Positions 25,253-40,659 of a stretch of 64,000 bases of DNA are shown here, piece by piece. This stretch comes from Octopus sinensis (taxonomy: Eukaryota): contig NC_042997.1 of the NCBI RefSeq assembly GCF_006345805.1, positions 22,692,001 through 22,756,000 of the forward strand. The letters are read 5' to 3'. Both the position numbers and the translations under genes were made by a program. Under the pieces are notes generated by a model that did not search any database, was not told where the DNA came from, and saw only the letters and a program-made list of their open reading frames with translations. The first letter of the stretch is position 1. Each line of letters begins with the position of its first letter.

Positions 25253-27428
25253 TATTACACTATTGTCTGACAGCGCTTTGCGTCGGGTTCGTTTGAATTT
25301 TCGATTTTTCGAATTCTCACTTCGTTCCGTCCCCTCCTCTTTGTCCGTTTTTACAGTTTACTACAATGATGCGAAACACTCTCCCTTTGCTTTAACTTCC
25401 CCGCTCTCTCTCTCTTGCTCTCTCTACCTCACCTTTCTCTCTAGCCTGTGTCTTCCTCTATCTGTCTCTCTCTCTCTCTCTCCTACTTCTCCTCACTTTC
25501 GTCACTGCTAAACCTTTCCGCCTGTTGCATTCAGGCCATAAGGTCATGTTTTTCCTCGCGCTCGCCAGTTACCCTCTCGTCCATGCCAGAACAAAGGCTT
25601 CCGTTCGTCTTTTTCGTTGTTCTCTTGTTTATTTTTGATTTCTCGTATTGTAATTTAATTCTCGTTATGTATTTTCGTGTACATGTATCTTTAATTTTGT
25701 ATTATTTTTTCTTGTATGTATTTTTTGTGCAATTCTTTGTTACGTCCCTTTTTGTGTTACATTTTTCCTGCTCGTTTACCCCTCTACGAGTTTATTTTAT
25801 TTTAATTCTCTCGTAGGAAGGCCTAGCTTGACCTTACGTGTTCTGTCTTGCCTTCGAAACACATGTCTGCTAGGGACAGCTGATGAAGGGGATTTTTCCT
25901 TGTGTAGCATGTCCTGTACTTCGTTTTTCTGCTACACATAATTGTTTTTCCCGTTTTCGTTTTCATTTCGTCTTGTTCCACGTCTCTATCCTTCTGTTGT
26001 AACTAAATGTCTTTTCCGTTTTCGTTCTGTTGATTTTTTTCGTCTTCTTGTGATGTCCTGTACGTATATATATATTTATATATGCATGTATATATACATG
26101 TAGATGTCGGTACGTACATATATGTTTGTATGTATGCATATATTTTATTTATTACACTATATATATATATAAGGATAAGATTGTTAATTTAAATATCGAT
26201 TTTATCAAGTGGCCAGCATAGGAATAAAAACCTTCAAAGGTAATAATTATTATTAAAATCATAATTTAGGGTGTCTAAGTGATACCGCCATGCTGGAAAT
26301 AGCAGCCAAAAGCTGACTCTAAAACCACATAAAAAATGTTCATACAGCACAAGGAGAGATGACAAAAAGACAAAATAAACTAGCAAAAATAATTTTTTTG
26401 CTAGTTTATTTTGTCTTTTTGTCTTCTTCCCTGGTACTGTATGAACGTTTAATGTGGTTTTAGAGTCAGGTTTTGGCTGCTATTTCCAGCGTGGTGGTAT
26501 CTCTTAGATACCCTAAATTATAATTTTAATATATATATGTACATATATGACAAACTTCTACACAGTTTCTATCTATCAAAATCACTCACAGCCTAGGACT
26601 ATTGTAGAAGACACTTGCCCAATGTACAGTGCAATGGGACTGAACCCATAACAATGTGGTTGCAAAACAACCTTCTTTACTACACAGCTATACTTCTACC
26701 TTAAGGGACATAATAATGAATGAAGTCAAAGAAAAACGTCAACTAGCTGTAAAATTCCTACTTTGATTACACAATATCTTTGTTTTTATGAAACTGAATA
26801 TGGCATGTGTGTGCGTGTGCGTGCATGCGTATGCATGTGTGTGTGCATGTGTGTGCATGCATATGTGTGTGCATGCATATGTGTGTGCATGCATATGTGT
26901 GTGCATGCATATGTGTGTGTGTGTGTGTGTGTACAGCATTACTTTATGGTACTTTATAGCAATGGACTTAGATTTAGAACTTTATTTTCTAAAATGTAAT
27001 AAAATTAGAAAAATGTTCTTAAAAATTGTAATTAAAATTTTAGTGACAGTTTTAATATATTTTTGCAAAATACCTTTTATGTTCATATAGGTTGTAGGTT
27101 CTCAAGCCAGGATTTTATATGCTGACCAAAATGGTAGATCACAAATTGCTTTAGAATTCAATAAAGCTGTGAAAGAAGGAAAACTGAAGGTAGGTTGAAC
27201 AAATTTTCATTTTACTTTATGGCTTTATTGTAATAAAACTATGAAATTTATATAGAAAATGAGACTAATTATTTTTGTATTACATAGATCTCCTCCTCTT
27301 CCCCCATCAGCATCATCATCATTATCTTCTTCTTCTTCTTCTTCTTCTTCTTCTTCCTCATCGTCTTCTTCTTCCTCATCGTCTTCTTCTTCCTCGTCGT
27401 CTTCTTCTTCTTCTTCTTCTTCTTCTTC

Positions 27429-27460
<32 letters not shown>

Positions 27461-28658
27461 CTTCTTCTTCTTCTCCACTCAGCTGGCAAAAATGAGTTGT
27501 GCCTGCAATTCAAGGGGCTGGCCTTGTCACATTCTGTGTCACGTTGAATCTCCCTGAGAACTACATTAAGGGTACATGTGGTCTGTGGAATACTCAGACA
27601 CTTGCACATTAATTTCATGAGCAAGCTGTTCCATTTGATCAGATCAACTGGAACCTTCATCGTCATAACCAACAGAGTGCCAGTTTAATTCAAACTCCAA
27701 GAAACTACTGCTTTGAAGATTTATCAAACTTTTACCAGCAACAAAAAAAAAAGGGCATGTAAAAAAGATTGAAGGCGATTTCATTAACCAATATAAATAT
27801 CAATTTCAAATTTTGGCACAATGCCAGCTATTTCAAGGGAGGAGTAAATCAATTATATCAACCACAGTGCTCAACTGGTACTTATTTTATCAACCTCAAA
27901 AGGATGAAAGGTAAAATCGACCTCGATGGAATTTAAATTCAGAACAGGCAGACAAATAAAATACTGCTTAGCATTTTGCACAGTATGCACCGATATAATA
28001 TTAAATTTACTTTTTCATGCAATAACTCTAATATTTCATCAGCCTGATTCTACAAAAGATACTACTATCATTTTAATAAACTTGAAATGGCTTTTAACAT
28101 CAGAAAGCATTGAGAGCTTGGGTAAGGTCACTCAAACAGATCAATATTAGCAGCCAAATTCCTTCAAACCACAGAGCCTGTGTATGTCTTGTGAGATTGT
28201 GGATCAGCACTTGGAGCATTCCTCTTCCAAGACTATTTATAGAAGACCAGTCGTTCTTCATGCATGCAAGTCTTGACCCACTCCATGCCACTAATGTTGT
28301 CTTAGGGAAAGGCAAAGGTCACGCCAGCTTGATGTCAATTTATCCTCTGGCAATGGGCAAAAACCACTCATGTTACTTATATCGTGCTGCTTCATGCACA
28401 GTAAATTGCACCAGTCTACATTAAGTATATATAAGTAAAATGTTCAGATCCATTTATACTGTGCACTTACCTCAGAAACAGCTGTAAAGAACATATCTAT
28501 TGCTTGAGAGATTTTCACCAGTGATGATTAATTTTACTTACCTAACCAGATTGAATCAATATAGAGGATCTCTTCAATCCTCTTCTACTACATCAATATC
28601 ATTATTGTATGATTTTCCTGGATTTGTACCCATCTACACTGAATCACTATATATATAT

Positions 28659-28703
<45 letters not shown>

Positions 28704-31473
28704 CATGCGTGCATCTGTGTATTTGCTTACATTTGCACTTCTGTGAACATCACAAGTCACAGCAGCAATGTTGTTGTCATTTCTCCTGTCTACATATCAT
28801 CATCTACTGGTTTTATCTCTTTGAAGACTTTGAAGACATATGAATTATGATATTCCTTACTTGAAAAGTTAGCAACAGGAAGGGTATCCAGCTGCTAAAC
28901 AATGCTTCAATCACACATTTGTCTAACCTATACTAGCACAGAAAAGCAGAAGCAAAATCAAATGAGTGAACAAAGCACAAAGCCACAAATATGGCAAGAG
29001 AAAGTATATACTCAATTGGATGCCCCTCACTAACAACTTGACATTTTTTTTATATATTACCAAACCTGGAAGCATAAAAATCCAAGTCAACTTTGGCAAC
29101 ATTTGAACTCAGAACATGAGTTCAAATTGTACTGATGTTGATTTTCCTTGCTATCCTTCCATGGGCAATAAAATAAGTAGCAGGCAAGTATTAGGGTATA
29201 TTTAATCAACTATTCTCCTCCCAACAAATAATTTATGCTAAATAAACATTGAAATATTGGGTTGTCCAGAAAGTTTGTGTCGATTTATAGTAGCTTACCT
29301 TTCAACTTATTTTAGTACATGGTTGAGTCCATAAAATAGGATTTCACTACACCTCTATTTAGAGCACAGTTTAAGCTATCTTTTCGTGGAAGAAGGTTTA
29401 TGTTCCTATAACCCGTGTTAATTCTGTAACCCTTTAAAATGGAAGATAAGAAAGTTTATTTTCAGCGCTTGATGCTTTGGGAACCAGACAAAAATTGCTG
29501 CAGCTTGGCTGGGATGTGTTACCCCACCCTCCATATTCACCAGATATTGCTCCTTCAGATTTCCACTTATTCAGGTCTTTGCAGAACAGTCTTAATGGCA
29601 AAAATTTAAATTCTTTGGATGACATAAAATGAGACCTTGATGAATTCCTTGCCATGAAATCACCTCAATTCTGGGAAAAGGGTATTTTCAAGTTAAGGAA
29701 AGATGGAGACGCATTGTGCAACAAAATGGTTCATATTTGGTAGATTAAAAATGTAATGGCAAGTATTTATTGACCTTTTTCTTTCCTTTAAAAATCGGCA
29801 CGAACTTTCCGGACAACCCAATACATATGGTTTTTTGTGATAGCTTGCAGAGCTTTGTTTTTTGTTTTGTTATTGCAGGTGGGGGTGGGGTAGATTTAAT
29901 CAAGAAGTTGTTGCTATTGTTTAGCCCTAAGTCAACCTTAGTTCATGAAACCTACTTGCCCAAGGTGCTACACAGTAGGACTTAATCCAAGACTACATGT
30001 TTGGGAAACAAGCTTCTTAACCACACAACCATGCTTGAGGCTTTTAGTAGCAATAATATTTTGTAAATTACTTCTGTGACAATATATTAAGGTTTACTAT
30101 AAAAAAACGTTGTTTTCCTCATTTGAACTACAATAAGGATATTCCAAGTTAGTCTTATATATATAACTGTTAAGTGGTCAAATTCTGTGAAGTTCTAAGT
30201 GATTTGCAACTTTTTTGTGAATTTACTACCTGTAGGGCCCAGTTGTCATAAGTCGAGACCATCATGATGTCAGTGGAACTGATAGTCCATTCCGAGAAAC
30301 TTCCAACATCTATGATGGATCTGCATTGTGTGCAGGTAAGTAAAAAAAGCTTTTTTTTACATTTTTTCAGAGCCACAAGAAAATCTTATTTTAAGACAGA
30401 ATTAATAAACATGTGGGCGCGGGCATGGCTGTGTGGTTAGGGAGCTTGCTTCCTAGCTACATGGTTTCGGGTTCAGTCCCACTGCGTGGCACTTTGGGCA
30501 GGTGTCTTCCGCTATAGCCCCAAGTCGACCGAAGCTTTGTGATTGAATTAGGTAGGTGGAAGTTACTGCCATGTGTGTATGTGTGTGTATAGCTGCTCAG
30601 TGCCTCTCCGAAAGAGTGAGAGAGGGATATCCATATTGTAAAAGTAAAGGATTTAACCAAAGATTTGTACTGATATATAAACATGTCTGGTGAAAACATG
30701 TGGCTTAGTGGTTAGGGTATTCAGATCATGATCATAAGGTTGTAGGTTCTATTCCAGGGCTAGGTGATGTGTTGTGTTCTTCAACAATGCACTTTATTTC
30801 ATGTTGTTCCAGTTTATTCAACTATAATGAGTACCATCTGGATGCTGGTGCAGATTTCTCTTTCTCCAGCTCTCATATCTTGGATGTTCCACTGAATCAT
30901 GAGTGAGAACCAAGAGAGTTTCAATGTCTATGTGTGGCAACATGTTGACCTAAAACAATTATGAAAACCATGGTGCATATTTACTAACGCATGCTTGCTT
31001 GAGAGAGTGAAAGCAAACAACCTGCGACGATTTCATCTCAATCGAAGGAGAGGAGCTTTCTCCGTCCGGGTTGCGGATCCGTGGAACAAGCTGCCAGACG
31101 AGATGGTAAAGATGCCGACGACCGCTTTGTTCAAAGCCTCCCTGGACCTCAAGTGGCCTGAACTCTTTACATGAACACCACCCTGTACTTAACTCCATGT
31201 CCCGCTACATGGCCTTGCTATTTGCTTTTGAGCCAAATTAACTAACTAACTAACTAACTAACTATTTTTAAAAAAGAGGTATTTTATGTTTGAACAAAAA
31301 ACAAGCAATCTGAAGTGGGTTTCAGTTCTGTTTAGAACCATTCTCAGAGACCATGTTCATCTCTTCCTGGATACATATAAATACAAAGCTAATGGCTTTA
31401 TAAACCCCACAAATATGTTAGTGTCGGAAAATTGTCATTTACATGCTCCTGCAGCTTTAATAAAATCTTAATA

Positions 31474-31510
<37 letters not shown>

Positions 31511-33777
31511 TGTGTACAGTGCTCAGGTGCACTACAACTCATCTAAAGTGTATATATAATCAGGTGTAGTTTCAGCGGATTTCAGAAAGCATGAGGGCCT
31601 TAAAGGATGCAGTGTCATAGCAGTCAACAACTGACGCAGGCAGTTTATTCCATGCTTCAGCAACTCTGAGCGTGAAAAAATGTTTCCGAAAGTCATGGGA
31701 GCTGTGTTGTTTTCTGACTTTGTAGGCATGTCCACGTGTGTTAGACACATGGAGATCAAAAAGGTGTTCAGTGTTGTTGTTGGTGAGGTGGTTGATAACT
31801 TTGTGGGTGTTTACCAAGTCCGTCGCCAGACGCCGGAGCTTGTACAGTTTACCATATGTAACATAGCTGCTTCATGCAGAATTTAATGATCTGTATTAAT
31901 GCTTCTTAGATGGTAAACATTGGAAAACAAATTAATAAAATTTCTAACAAAATAGATATGATAAAATTTCTAACATAATAAATATTTTTGTTTATTAATC
32001 AGCATTACTCAAGAGTGACCCAAGAGCCAAGAATTTCATGTACTGGCACTTATCAATGAACAAAACTCTTGGCCCTGAATCACTCTGTAATTTCTGCCAA
32101 TCAATAAAAGTTGCATGTGACTGTGTGGTAAGAAGTTAGATTTTCAACCATATGGTTCCAGTTCAGTCTCACTGTGTGGCACTTTGGGCAAGTGTCTTCT
32201 ATCATAGCCTCAGGCTGACCAAAACCTTGTGAATGGATTTGGCAGTTGAAAACTGAAAGAAGTTTGTCATATATATGTATGTGTATGTATATATAGGCGC
32301 AGGAGTGACTGTGTGGTAAGTAGCTTGTTTACCAACCACATGGTTCCGGGTTCAGTCCCACTGTGTGGCACCTTGAGCAAGTGTCTTCTACTATAGCCTC
32401 GGGCCGACCAAAGCCTTGTGAGTGGATTTGGTAGACGGAAACTGAAAGAAGCCCGTCGTATATATGTATATATATATATGTGTGTGCGTGTATGTTTGTA
32501 TGTCTGTGTTTGTCCCTCCAACATCGCTTGACAACCGATGCTGGTGTGTTTATGTCCCCGTCACTTAGCGGTTCAGCAAAAGAGACCGATAGAATAAGTA
32601 CTAGGCTTACAAAGAATAAGTCCCGGGGTCGAATTGCTTGATTAAAGGCAATGCTCCAGCATGGCCACAGTCAAATGACTGAAACAAGTAAAAGAGAAAG
32701 AGAAAAAGAGATATATCTGTGTATGTGTGTCTTTGTATTTGTGCTTGTCTCCCGCCACTACTTGACAACTGATGTTGGTTTATTTACATCCTCATAATTT
32801 AGTGATTCAGCAAAAATGGCCAATGGCTTAAAAAAAGTACTGGAGTCAATTTATTTGACTAAATCTTTCAAGGCAGTGCCCCAGTATGGCCACAGTCCAA
32901 TGACTGAAGCAAGTGAAAGATAAAAGATTCCCATGTTTTGATTTCTATTTTCCTGTTTGCATAACCAGATTTAACAAAATAAATATATATTTACACAGAT
33001 ATGGCTATTCAAAATGTCATTGGTGACAGTTTCCGTGGAGCCACTTGGGTATCTATTCACAATGGTGGAGGAGTCGGCTGGTATGTTTGTAAACTTTCTA
33101 TATCCAAAATAACTAATGCATCTAAAAGACAAATAAGAGACAAAATAATTGGTATATTACATCAAATGTTTTACTAACAACTCAATTTTTGCTGGTGATT
33201 TTCTTTTCTCAATGTCATTTATAATTGACCATGTATTTTAGCAGCAACCACTGTTGAAATGAGGGAGGTCTGTTGACCAAATTACAACTAATCCTTCTTT
33301 ATTCCAAAAGACCAGGTTTGCAATTTTCTTTTTTTTTTTTTTTTTTTTCAAGTGTTTCACTCATAACTGAGAGAAAAAGAAAAGGAGACAGAGAGAGGAA
33401 GAGAGAGTGAGTCGTTGGATCCATATACATTTTGCTATATCCCAAAGCATATTACAATATGTCAAAAGAGAGGAGACACAGAGGTGAATGGTGTTGTTGT
33501 TGATATGCTCCATGATAGCTCTGATCAATATATGATTTTGCAGCTGTGACAATGATATCTAGCTGTCTTTTATTTAGACAGTTTATCAGTATTTGTAGTT
33601 GAAATGAAAAAACTCTATTGGCCAAGTTAGATTTAAATCCACTTTATTCTAAAAGTTTAAAGTTTACAGTCACCTTTTGTTTTGGTATCACTCATTTAAT
33701 AAAGAGAGACGAGAGACACTTCTTTATTCTGGAAGTCTAAGGTTTACAATCTTGTTTCTAATTGGAGTTATATATTT

Positions 33778-33827
<50 letters not shown>

Positions 33828-34968
33828 GACAGACAGAGAAAGACAGAGTGAGTGATTGAATCCCATGGGTTTGTGCATAACTTTTAGCTCATACATTTTG
33901 CTGTATACCAAAGCAAAGTATCTTAGAATACATTTTAAGAGAGGAGAGACAGAGTTGAAATGTATTGTTATTGATTAGCTCCTAATTAGCAAAAGGCGGC
34001 GAGCTGGCAGAACCGTTAGCACGCCGGGCAAAATTTGTAGCCGTATTTCATCTACCGTTACGTTCTGAGTTCAAATTCCACCGATGTCGACTTTGCCTTT
34101 CATCCTTTAGGGGGGCGATAAATTAAGTACCAGTTACGCACTGGGGTCGATGTAATCGACTTAATCCGTTTGTCTATCCTTGTTTGTCCCCTCTATGTTT
34201 AGCCCCTTGTGGGTAGTAAAGAAACAGATTAGCTCCTAGTTACCTCCAAGCAATAAATAAGTAATGATATAGCAGCAGTGAGCATCCCTATCTTTTATTC
34301 AGTTATATTGTATCTTGTACCACAATATGTTCTTTCTTTCTTAAGACAGTAAGGCATGACTTAAAGCAAGTCGAGCAATCATGTGAAAGTCTCTATATTT
34401 GGCTTAAGATGAAACAAAAAAAAATTAATAATTTCAACTATTACCACAGTGCATTAATTTCTTTTGAAAAAATTATCTATTGCACTTCATTGATATGTTA
34501 TTGATACTAAGCAGTGTATCAAGGCTGCAGAGGCTGACAGAAACATAAGCCAACCAGACAAAATGCTTAGTGGTATTTCTTTCAGCTTTACATTCTGATT
34601 TCACATTCTACTATGGTTGACTTCATCTGACATCCTTTCAAGGTTGATAAAATATGTACCAGTTGAGCACTAGGGTCAATAAAATTGATTAGGCCTCTCA
34701 CTCCTGCCAAATTCCAGGCCTTGTGTCTACAGTATAAAGAATATTAAGCAGTGTATCTCTAATATATAAACGCCAGCTTTAATAAATTTTTGAAGAGCAT
34801 CAAGTAGGCGCAGGAGTGGCTGTGTGGTAAGTAGCTTGCTTACCAACCACATAATTCTGAGTTCAGTTCCACTGCGTGGCACCTTGGGCAAGTGTCTTCT
34901 ACTATAGTGTTGGGCCAACCAAAGCCTTGTGAGTGGATTTGGTAAACGGAAACTGAAAGAAGCCCGTC

Positions 34969-35011
<43 letters not shown>

Positions 35012-38000
35012 TGTATCTGTGTTTGTCCCCCCAACATCGCTTGACAACCGATGCTGGTGTGTTTACATCCCCATCACTTAGTGGTTCAGCAAGAGGGTGT
35101 AAAAGAGAGAGAGGGAGCTTAATGGTGACAGAGTAAGAGATTGTCAATCTCAAAGTTGAGCTATTTCTCATAGCAAATTGTATTTTTTGATTATTTATGG
35201 ACAACCTTCTCTTTGAGATGCAGATTTCGAAAATCAAATTCGTTTTTCTCAAAGTTGCACTATTTCAAAACCTTTTGGGGTTAAACACCCATACATAACC
35301 ACATACACCCTCACTTATATAGTGTAGATATATCAAGTTGAGTCAAAAGATTTTTCAGTCCACTGATGATTTTTGGCAACTTCTATCTCCATGCTATATC
35401 ATTGATTTGATACAACTTGTCCAATCATTGCTGAATTGTTTATTTTTTTTATTTTGCAACTTTGATAATGAGTGTAGAAAAAATTGCAATTAGAACCATT
35501 TTATGCTACCTGTGGAAAAAAGGACTGAATGCAAAGGTAGTGGCAAAAGAAATTCAGGAGGTGGACAATCCAGGAACTGTCAATGACATGTGACACAGAA
35601 TTGGTTCAGACATTTCAAAGAAGGTAACACCAGTCTTGAAGACAAACCAAGATCAGAGACTTTCTGTTGTGGAAGTTGAGGCCTTGCTTGAAATGGTTGA
35701 ACAACAGCCAGGCACAAGCACTCATATATTGTCAGCATATTCATATCTATAATATAAAAGTCAATGTCTTTATGTGTGTTTGTGTATTACTTATACATTT
35801 GAAAACTTCTGCACTGATCCTAGGGAGAAGGGTAATGCTGCACTGAGCCTAGGGAGAAGGGTAATGCTGTGTGTTTCATACAATTTCATGGACCAAAATT
35901 ACTGAATGGATCCTTATGATATTTGGAACTTAGATTCAATGCATAAGGGCGGGTATAATGCAATATGTTTGGTTTGAATTTCAGATGGCTTAAAGGGAGC
36001 AGAATCCCCCATGAAAATTCATAAATTTTCAATGTTGATGAAATTTCAACCATGGGTAATTGACACACATCAAGAATTATTCTCAAAGTTTCCACTTCTC
36101 ATGAGGATTCTAAGACCCCTTAATGGGGGCCTTAACTCCCAAATTTTAGTCATTTTTTAATGATCCAAAACTAGTTCAAAAGTACTGAATGGATCTTTAT
36201 GAAATTTGGAAATTATATTCTTTGCGTAAGGGCCATAACCCCCATGAAAATTCATATATTTTGGCTGTTGATGAAATTTTAACCATAGATATTAGACACA
36301 AATGAAGTAATATTTCTAAAATTTCCACTTCTTAGTGCTCAGTAAGACCTCTTAATGGGGACCTAACACCCACAATTTACTCATTTTATCTAAGCAAAGA
36401 CAAATACAGTTGTACTCTTGGAAGTCGTAGGGTCACCCAAGCATAAAAGATGAGCATTATTTGTAATTCAATGGTACAACAGTGTAAGAGTTTGCTTTGA
36501 CATATACTCAGATTGTGATTTCTGCAATGTGGTGCATAAACTGTCAAGTAAATGATAGGCATATTTGCCTCCACTGATTCAGTTGCAAAGTGTTGAGTAA
36601 AGTTATTTCGTTGCAGATATCCTTTCAATCTTTTTATTATCACTGGGTCACACATAGTCCCCAGATGGTAACATTGATTTCAAGGCCTTCCCAGATGAAT
36701 GACTGGTTATTCAAAAACATTTATAGATTGTAAATTTATTCTGTCCAGTTGCCTATTGGTATAGTGGTCATTTGCAAACTTCAGAGGTGACACTTTCATT
36801 TCTCCTTAGCCCTCACGTCACACAGTTATTGATGTTTATTTGAGTTGGGTCACACCCTTCCAATTGCTATAGATCTGTAATGCATCTTACAGCTGTGCCT
36901 GTCGCCTGTATGCTGAGGAATCCTACATTGGGAGTGGTAATGACTAGGGTGGATCAGCTGACTGCTTATTGTGATCATTCATCTTTACTCTCTTTTACAA
37001 ACCCAGTGAACATACATATACTTCCTATTTCAAAGAAATTCAAGCAATAGATATAAGACCCAAGTTAAAAAGATCCTCAACAATTCAACTTCTCTGGTTG
37101 ACATTAAGACACCAACCACCAATAGGGGCCTTAACGCCCACATTTTAGAGCTCCATGACCTCTATTTTTCAGGAGCAAAATCCTTTTAACAGGTTCCATA
37201 AGACTAGAATTTTGGAATCTGCACATAAAGATCAGTAGTATGGGATACATGCATCATGATTAGAATTTTTTTAGGGTGTGTAAAGAGGGAAAGAACCCTC
37301 ATCTGCAATTATGATGAAATTCGAATCATAGGTATTCCTGTTCATTAGAGAAAATATAACAGAAATGCCTAATTCTTCAATTGCATGTAACACGGGCAAC
37401 GCCGGGTATCTCTGTTAGTTGTTAATAAATGTCTGATTATGAAAATTATAAGCCTTGAATTGTTAAAACAAAAAAAAAATGTTGCGCTTTATTGTTACAT
37501 AAAGAAAATTCTAAATGAATCATATATTTTATACATGAAATTGTCTGCTGCTTTTATATTTCACAGGGGAGAAGTTACTAATGGTGGCTTTGGTCTTATG
37601 CTGGATGGTTCTGATGTAAATACATTCACATATTTTCTTTTGTGGGGTGGGGTGTTTTTGTTATATTTTTATTACACTCTAAAAAGATATTGTATTAGGC
37701 ACATGAAAGCAGTCTTGTGCGTAAACAAACATCTAGGTCAATTTAAATATTCTTAGAACATATTTGACCCGTATTTACTGCTATTTGCCAGAGAGCATTT
37801 CATGCTTTAGGCATTAGGTTTTGAAAAACCCCAACAATCATTTCAAGGTGCGCTCTAGTGGAAGTGAGGAATGCATTTCTAGCTTCTTGGCTATCCTCAG
37901 CACCATGTACTGCAAAATCAACACCTCTGTGATGACTTTGGAAACATTTGTATGGTCTCTAAAAAGAGATGATACTAACCAAAAAAAAAAAAATTATCAT

Positions 38001-40113
38001 TAATCAGATCACATACTTCTATTAAACACGTCCACCTCACTACTGTACTATATTAGCTGTTACTTACCTGAAACATAAAGGCTTTGAGTTAAAATGCTGG
38101 TCTACAGACCACATGGTCATAAGTTCAAATCTTACTACAGCTATTGTATTACAAGCAAGGCATACATTATTGTCATGTAGCTCCTGTCAGTCTTGTTGAA
38201 GAAAATTTGTGCTCTATTGAATGACAGGTAGAAATTCAGATCCAGAAATCTGAATATACCAGCATCTTTCTGATTGAAGATCCTACTGTGCATGGGACAT
38301 GTTACATGTCCTCCTCTGTCCAGCTGGTTCTTACATAATATTAGATCCTACAGTTAGTGTAATTCACCTACTCACCACTCACTGCTGTGGCTGAGTCAAA
38401 GTGTGAAAGTCACTGTTCTCAAACACCTATTTCTGGAATGAGCATCCAAGAATCAAGGACTATTTTATTTTGTTTATTATAACTTGAGATTATAACTTGT
38501 TTTAGAATTTAGTTGCCTTCACTTTGGTTGTTCAGGAAAACAACTGCTATACCATTACATTCATCTCTGGTGATATGCATCCTTGCACCATACCATTTTA
38601 CTTCTGCTTTTCCATGCTGGTATAGATTACGCAGGTTGTCATGGTCCAAGTCAGTTCTTATCAAGAGAAACCAAACTGGTAACATAACTTAACTAATACC
38701 CCTTCCCCAAAAATAAAAGGGGCCTTTCTATACCATATACAACAGAACTACATTAGATGAATAAAGCTGATATGGTTCTATGCCTACCTTCAAATTCTTC
38801 ATAATAAATATTTTCTGGAAATTACCAGTAATCTACTCTACTCTAATTAATATACCAGAATTAATTTTGTAAATAGTACTGTTGTTTCTTACTGAAAAGA
38901 TGGACTCTAAGTAATAAGAAATGAGTCATACAGTAATTTACACAAGTGAGTGGAAGCACTATCCTGGCAAGAACATATTCTTGCTTGTTATAGTTGCATA
39001 TGCTTTGAATAGTCCATCATTTGGGCTTGCTCATTTTTTACTTAATTTTTGACTTTCAGTCAAAAGCAGTAAGAAATGCTCAACCCAAAACGTTGATGGT
39101 TCAAATTCATATGAATCTGACCTTGCTGACAAATACTTTCATAAACTAAGTTTTTCAGAATTTTGCTGCTAGTCTTTAAAAATCCTTTTGCTTTCGAAAA
39201 TTATATGTGTAAGTGTAATTGTCTTTCCTCTATTGACAGAGAGCTGAAAACCAAGCAAGGACTATGTTAGCATGGGATGTTTCAAACGGAGTAAGATATT
39301 TTTTATATTTAAAAAAAACAAAACATTATTAATATATGTTTATAAAATGCTTCTCAAAGATTAGTTGCAAAGAAATCATGTGCTGTAATATATGACTTAT
39401 TAAGTCTTATTTATGTGTTTTTAGCATCAGAAGAAACTTTTATTTTAATTCACTAACAATTCCATTTGTGGATTGCATGGTTTTTTTAACCATTTTGTTA
39501 CTATATCACTGTTGAGATACTCTGTGTTTCTTTCAATTAATTTTAAATATAACAAAGAAGTTAGTAAAATAGTTTAGTTATTGTTAAGCTAGTGTAAGGA
39601 GCATAAATTACAACTAAGGTTTGGTGGAAGATTTTAATTCAGAACTTTTGAAAACAAGACATTTGTACTACAGAGTCAGAGGTGATTTCAGGCAGGTTGG
39701 TATCAAAAGGGTTAATGTGTTTCCTACAACTGCTGTAGTTAAGAAAAATAATGTAAATAATTTCTTAAGAAAATTTTATGGGGAAAAGTAAACACAAATG
39801 AAAGTGCTCATTTATGATTATGAAGTTTTCTGAAAAGTAAGAATGGTCTCCATACAGATATTAGATTTCTACCAGATTCATTCTTAGGGAACCTCTAATT
39901 TTCTAATGAAGCAAAATTTGAGGGTGCCAACAGGAATATGGAATGTTATGTTCAAAAGAGTAGTCACCATGGCTGTGTGGTAAGAAACTTGCTTTTCAAC
40001 CACATGGTTCTGGGTTCAGTCCAATTGCATAGAACCATGGGCAAGTGTCTTCTACTTTAGTCTCAAGTTTTGGTCAGCCTGAGTGGATTTGGTAGACAGG
40101 AACTGAAAGAAGT

Positions 40114-40158
<45 letters not shown>

Positions 40159-40606
40159 GTGTGTGTGTGTAATTATTTATGTAGGTGTGTTTTTGTGTTT
40201 GACCCCCCCCCCATCACTTGACAACCAATGTTGGTGTGTTTACATCCCCATAACTTAGCAGTTTGGGAAAAGAGACCAATAGAATAAGTACTAAGCTTAC
40301 AAGGAATAAGTCCTGAAGTTGATTTCTTCAACTAAAACCTTTTAAGACAGTGCTCCAGCATGGCTGCAGTCAAATGACTAAAACCATGTCTGATCCAAAT
40401 TTTCAACCAGTTTTATTTTCAAAATAGACAGATTAGGCGTAGGAGTGGCTGTGTGATAAGTAGCTTGCTTACCAACCACATAGTTCTGGGTTCAGTCCCA
40501 CTGTGTGGCATCTTGGACAAGTGTCTTCTACTATAGCCTCGGGCCGACCAAAGCCTTGTGAGTGGATTTGGTAGATGGAAACTGAAAGAAACCCGTCGTA
40601 AATATG

Positions 40607-40659
<53 letters not shown>

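Noticed and set aside
25800-25900. GAAA...CTGATGA hammerhead-like words in a Penelope-like pyrimidine-rich repeat
   Set aside because: I could not close stems I-III around the core in any topology.
27259-27672. Poly-Ser, poly-Leu and poly-Arg ORFs
   Set aside because: Translations of the intronic (TCT)n microsatellite. The HT/CV/YI repeat ORFs at 12327-12604, 19524-19910, 23750-24452 and 26739-27090 are likewise SSR artefacts.
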